A stretch of DNA of 64,000 nt from Heterodontus francisci (Eukaryota), in contig NC_090399.1 of assembly GCF_036365525.1 (NCBI RefSeq), positions 20,036,529-20,100,528 on the forward strand, written 5' to 3'. Shown one piece after another: positions 62,657 to 64,000 of the stretch. Made by a program: the position numbers and the translations under genes. Every line of letters starts with the position of its first letter. Position 1 is the first letter of the stretch. The notes below the pieces were generated by a model. The model had not been told where the DNA came from, made no database searches, and saw only the letters and a list, made by a program, of their open reading frames with translations.

Positions 62657-63505
62657 TGGTGTACGTCAAGAATATCAATGTGATACCAAGAAACAACTGA
62701 AGACACTGGATGCTGCAAAGGCAATGGACCTTGACAACGTTCCGGCAATAGTACTGAAGACCAGTACCTGATATGAAATGTGACCCGTGGTAAGATGGAA
62801 TTTCTTCTGGAAATCGGTTTTGCAGGATGCATTTCCTGGAATATTTCCAGAATGTGTTGTGACAAGGTCCCAGGATCATAAGGTTAAACAAGATGAGATG
62901 GATTCAGATGTTTTCGAGGACAATTCTGATGTTTTGTTGGCTGAAATATTTTTCAGGGATTTGGATGAGGACATTGGTGTCAAAGGCTCCAAGGTTAACA
63001 ATGGGGAATTGTTTAGCAGATCTCCCGTGATTTTGGGACACAACAGGCAGATCCTGATTTTAGGAACTTGTCTCTGGCGACCTGTTTTGAGCCACAGACT
63101 GAAAAGTTTTATTAGTGTTCTAACGTCAAGAAAGATGAGGAAGTGGAGACCTCTCCGCTGATGAGGATTGGACTGTAATCCATCAAATGGTTGTCCCTCC
63201 TTGCTATCATAGTGTAATTTAGAGAATTGCCAATGAAATCCCAGTCACAGGTCATTTGTGTTTTCCAAAAACTCAGGTTAGGGTAATGACATATTGTTAC
63301 TAGCAAAGCTGCATCAGGATGTGGTTCACTATTGTAAGACATGTCACACATGTCAAATGGTTGGGATCCACAACCTATATCTTTACCTTTGCCACCTATC
63401 TCAATAAAAGCAGATTTCCTTTCATTATCAAAAGTCTTTTCTTTCCAATTTCTCTGAAAGTTTCCAAATTGAGGCCTGTGACAACTGCTTTGTGAATCAA
63501 TTCAT

Positions 63506-64000
63506 AATCATGTGCTACTACTGCGGCTTCCTTTATTTTACAAACTTCATTTTTTAAAATTTGTTTGTGGGGTGTGGACGTTGCTGGCTCGGCCAACATT
63601 TATTGCCCATCCCGGAATGCCTTTGAACTGAGTGGCTTGCGAGGCCATTTCAAAATGCTTTTTTGGGTCTGGAGTCACACAATGACAGAGAGCATGGAAA
63701 AATCCAGCTCCAGCTGTTGGAGAGGGGCTGAGGGGGTGGGTGGGGGGGGGGGGTGCGTGTGTGTTTGTGAGGGGTGGGGTGGGCGTGTGTATGGATCATT
63801 CAGAACGGTTTTAACACCTTCATGTCGAGAATGGAGTGAGACAATTGAAGTCAACGGAACTGAGTATTGGAAGGGGCGCATAAAGGGCAGTCGATTCCAT
63901 GCCACCCACATTGCTTTCATGCCGAAGGTGAACTATTATCCTGTCGATAAAGAGACTGCTTTAGGGAAATAGCAGATCCACCTTGTATTCCTGCTGATTT
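63506..64000 (+). repeat. Start of duplication unit 4 (partial, ~1.1 kb internal deletion)
   Basis: Matches unit 1 positions 1-~175 joined directly to ~1290-1615. Confidence 0.9.

Larger units (their letters stand above)
38357..63505 (+). repeat. Segmental duplication unit 3 (adds CR1-A and CR1-B; ~1 kb deletion at ~46820)
   Basis: Collinear with units 1 and 2. Confidence 0.95.

Noticed and set aside
1-64000. Array as pure assembly duplication
   Set aside because: Units differ by many substitutions, indels and unit-specific insertions, although local haplotype mixing cannot be excluded.

Overview
Eukaryotic DNA, most likely from a cartilaginous fish (shark/ray), judged from the SINE/LINE content and the GPCR type. 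The window is a head-to-tail segmental duplication array. Equivalent positions recur at 1, 16709, 38357 and 63506; the basic unit is about 16.7 kb and is enlarged by LINE insertions. Each complete unit carries one intact two-exon class A GPCR of the GPR139/GPR142-like type (3 copies, 320 aa each). Each unit also carries a CA-rich ~35-bp minisatellite, a deleted Gypsy LTR element, SINEs, and old L2/CR1/Gmr1-like fragments. Young CR1 LINEs sit in the minisatellite: one 5'-truncated element shared by units 2 and 3, and one apparently full-length intact element unique to unit 3. Main points of interest: (1) both CR1 subfamilies have an ORF2 with no usable ATG that overlaps ORF1 in the -1 frame at a canonical U_UUA_AAC slippery site; (2) the full-length CR1 has a 5' UTR built of ~5 tandem 217-bp promoter-like monomers; (3) the paralogous receptors differ mainly by amino-acid changes, many on the extracellular side. 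All repeat family names come from reading the sequence by eye, not from database searches.
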